From: Blasia pusilla
Taxonomy: Eukaryota
Length of the DNA stretch: 64,000 nucleotides
Reading direction: 5' to 3'
Assembly (NCBI GenBank): GCA_050084515.1
Contig: CM114271.1
Coordinates: 48,050,001-48,114,000 of the forward strand
This document shows positions 62,870 through 64,000 of this stretch, piece by piece. Position numbers and translations under genes: made by a program. Below the pieces are notes generated by a model that had not been told where the DNA came from, did not search any database, and saw only the letters and a list, made by a program, of their open reading frames with translations. The stretch's first letter is position 1; each line of letters begins with the position of its first letter.

Positions 62870-64000
62870 GCATGAAGGTGTTACCGTAGACTAGGTTATC
62901 CATTAACAACTGTAATCAGGTGATATTCGTTGGTGTTGATGCCACGTCCCTGAGTAAGTTGTATGCTTCTAAAACCAATGGCGAGGTCAAGGTGGCTTGT
63001 ATTGTTGGCACCTTTTATGTCCTTTATCTTTCTCCTATCTGTTGTGACACCAGTTCTTGGCCTTGGTCTTGGCGGACTTGAGCACGTACCTGGTCCTCAA
63101 CATCATGATGAAAGTACTTGGGATGACTTCTATCAAAGGTCGGGTCCACATCTCCTTTGAGAATGGCCTTCCTTGCCTGGTAGGTGTCAGTGCTTTTCTT
63201 CTTGGAGTCTTTGACTTCGCAAAAAGACGGAGCCCCCTACCCTCGTCTTGGTTGTCTCAGCGGTCTTGGTCTTGGAACTCGTGGTGACATCGAAGGCTTC
63301 GTTTAGGAGTTCCTTGGGCCACTCCGAGGATTCTTCGGGTGCCTTTCTGTCGGACTCCTCTTCCCTGATGGTAACTCTCCTTCTCTTGGGGGATGCTAAC
63401 TCCTCCACTAGGACAAGCTGAATGTTTTTTTTATTCTTAGACTATGCTTGTGCTATTGGGGTGGTCACATACTTGACCAGCAACCGCGGAACCTTGGGCT
63501 CCGGGCACTCCATTGTAGTGTGCCCGCCCTTCTTGCAATTTCCGCACAAAAGATTCAGTCCTACTGGCCTCTTGGGGTTTGGGCAATTATTGACCCAAAG
63601 GTTGGCTGCCCCACAATTGTAACAACACTTCCTTTTTATTGGTGGCGTGAAGGCCACAGGGCCCATAATCTGTCTCAAGGATCTCTCTTCCCCGTATTCC
63701 AGGGGCACATACCTTGGGATCCAACTCCGTGCGGGATTAGGGGTTGGCATGGCCTGAATTGCATAACAACCTTCCCATTGGTTGGCTTCATACCACCCTT
63801 CTTCTATAGTTGGGTCTTCCTAGATCCAACGTAGATCTATCTGAAGGTGACACTCTTGGGCAGTATTCCCTTGGGTTCCGCAGGCACTGCACCATACGTT
63901 TGGCCTCATAAGACCTGGTCTTCTTCTAGGGTCCTTCTAGGCCGCCAAATGTACCTTCAACTCCGCCATTTTTTTACTTTACTCCTCAATGGCTGACTTG
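62870..64000 (-). mobile_element. Ty3/gypsy-type gag fragment with two zinc knuckles, running off the window end
   Basis: CYNCGAANLWVNNC and CGNCKKGGHTTMEC in ORF 63442..63750; downstream YNLLRDVASTP.NIT.LQLL gag-protease linker motif. Confidence 0.75.

Noticed and set aside
62525-62875. Protein-like + ORF between element B and gag
   Set aside because: Could not be assigned to a family or aligned by eye to element A; needs an HMM search.

Overview
Eukaryotic nuclear DNA from a land plant; a bryophyte or other non-seed plant is my inference from the transposon families. There is one intact host gene: a 22-exon CTP synthase (42021-51488, +, 612 aa by my splice model) with a CpG-rich upstream region. 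Almost everything else is nested, decayed transposable elements: two tail-to-tail CRE-type (RLE) non-LTR elements, three Ty1/copia elements plus a solo LTR, two CACTA elements, Helitron fragments, RTE/L1-type LINE fragments, an LTR family with 4-bp TSDs, a gypsy-type gag, a ~347-bp tandem repeat and long GA/CT microsatellites. The most unusual object is a large element present in two diverged copies (about 4609-14560 and 58339-62330). It carries a Mutator-like transposase remnant and divergently oriented accessory ORFs of unknown function. Its non-coding segments hold about 40 copies (both elements combined) of a 29-bp palindrome, consensus TGCAACCCGTCGG-AAT-CCGACGGGTTGCA, partly as regularly spaced arrays with unique spacers. 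All family assignments come from motif recognition by eye, not database searches, and boundaries of decayed elements are approximate.
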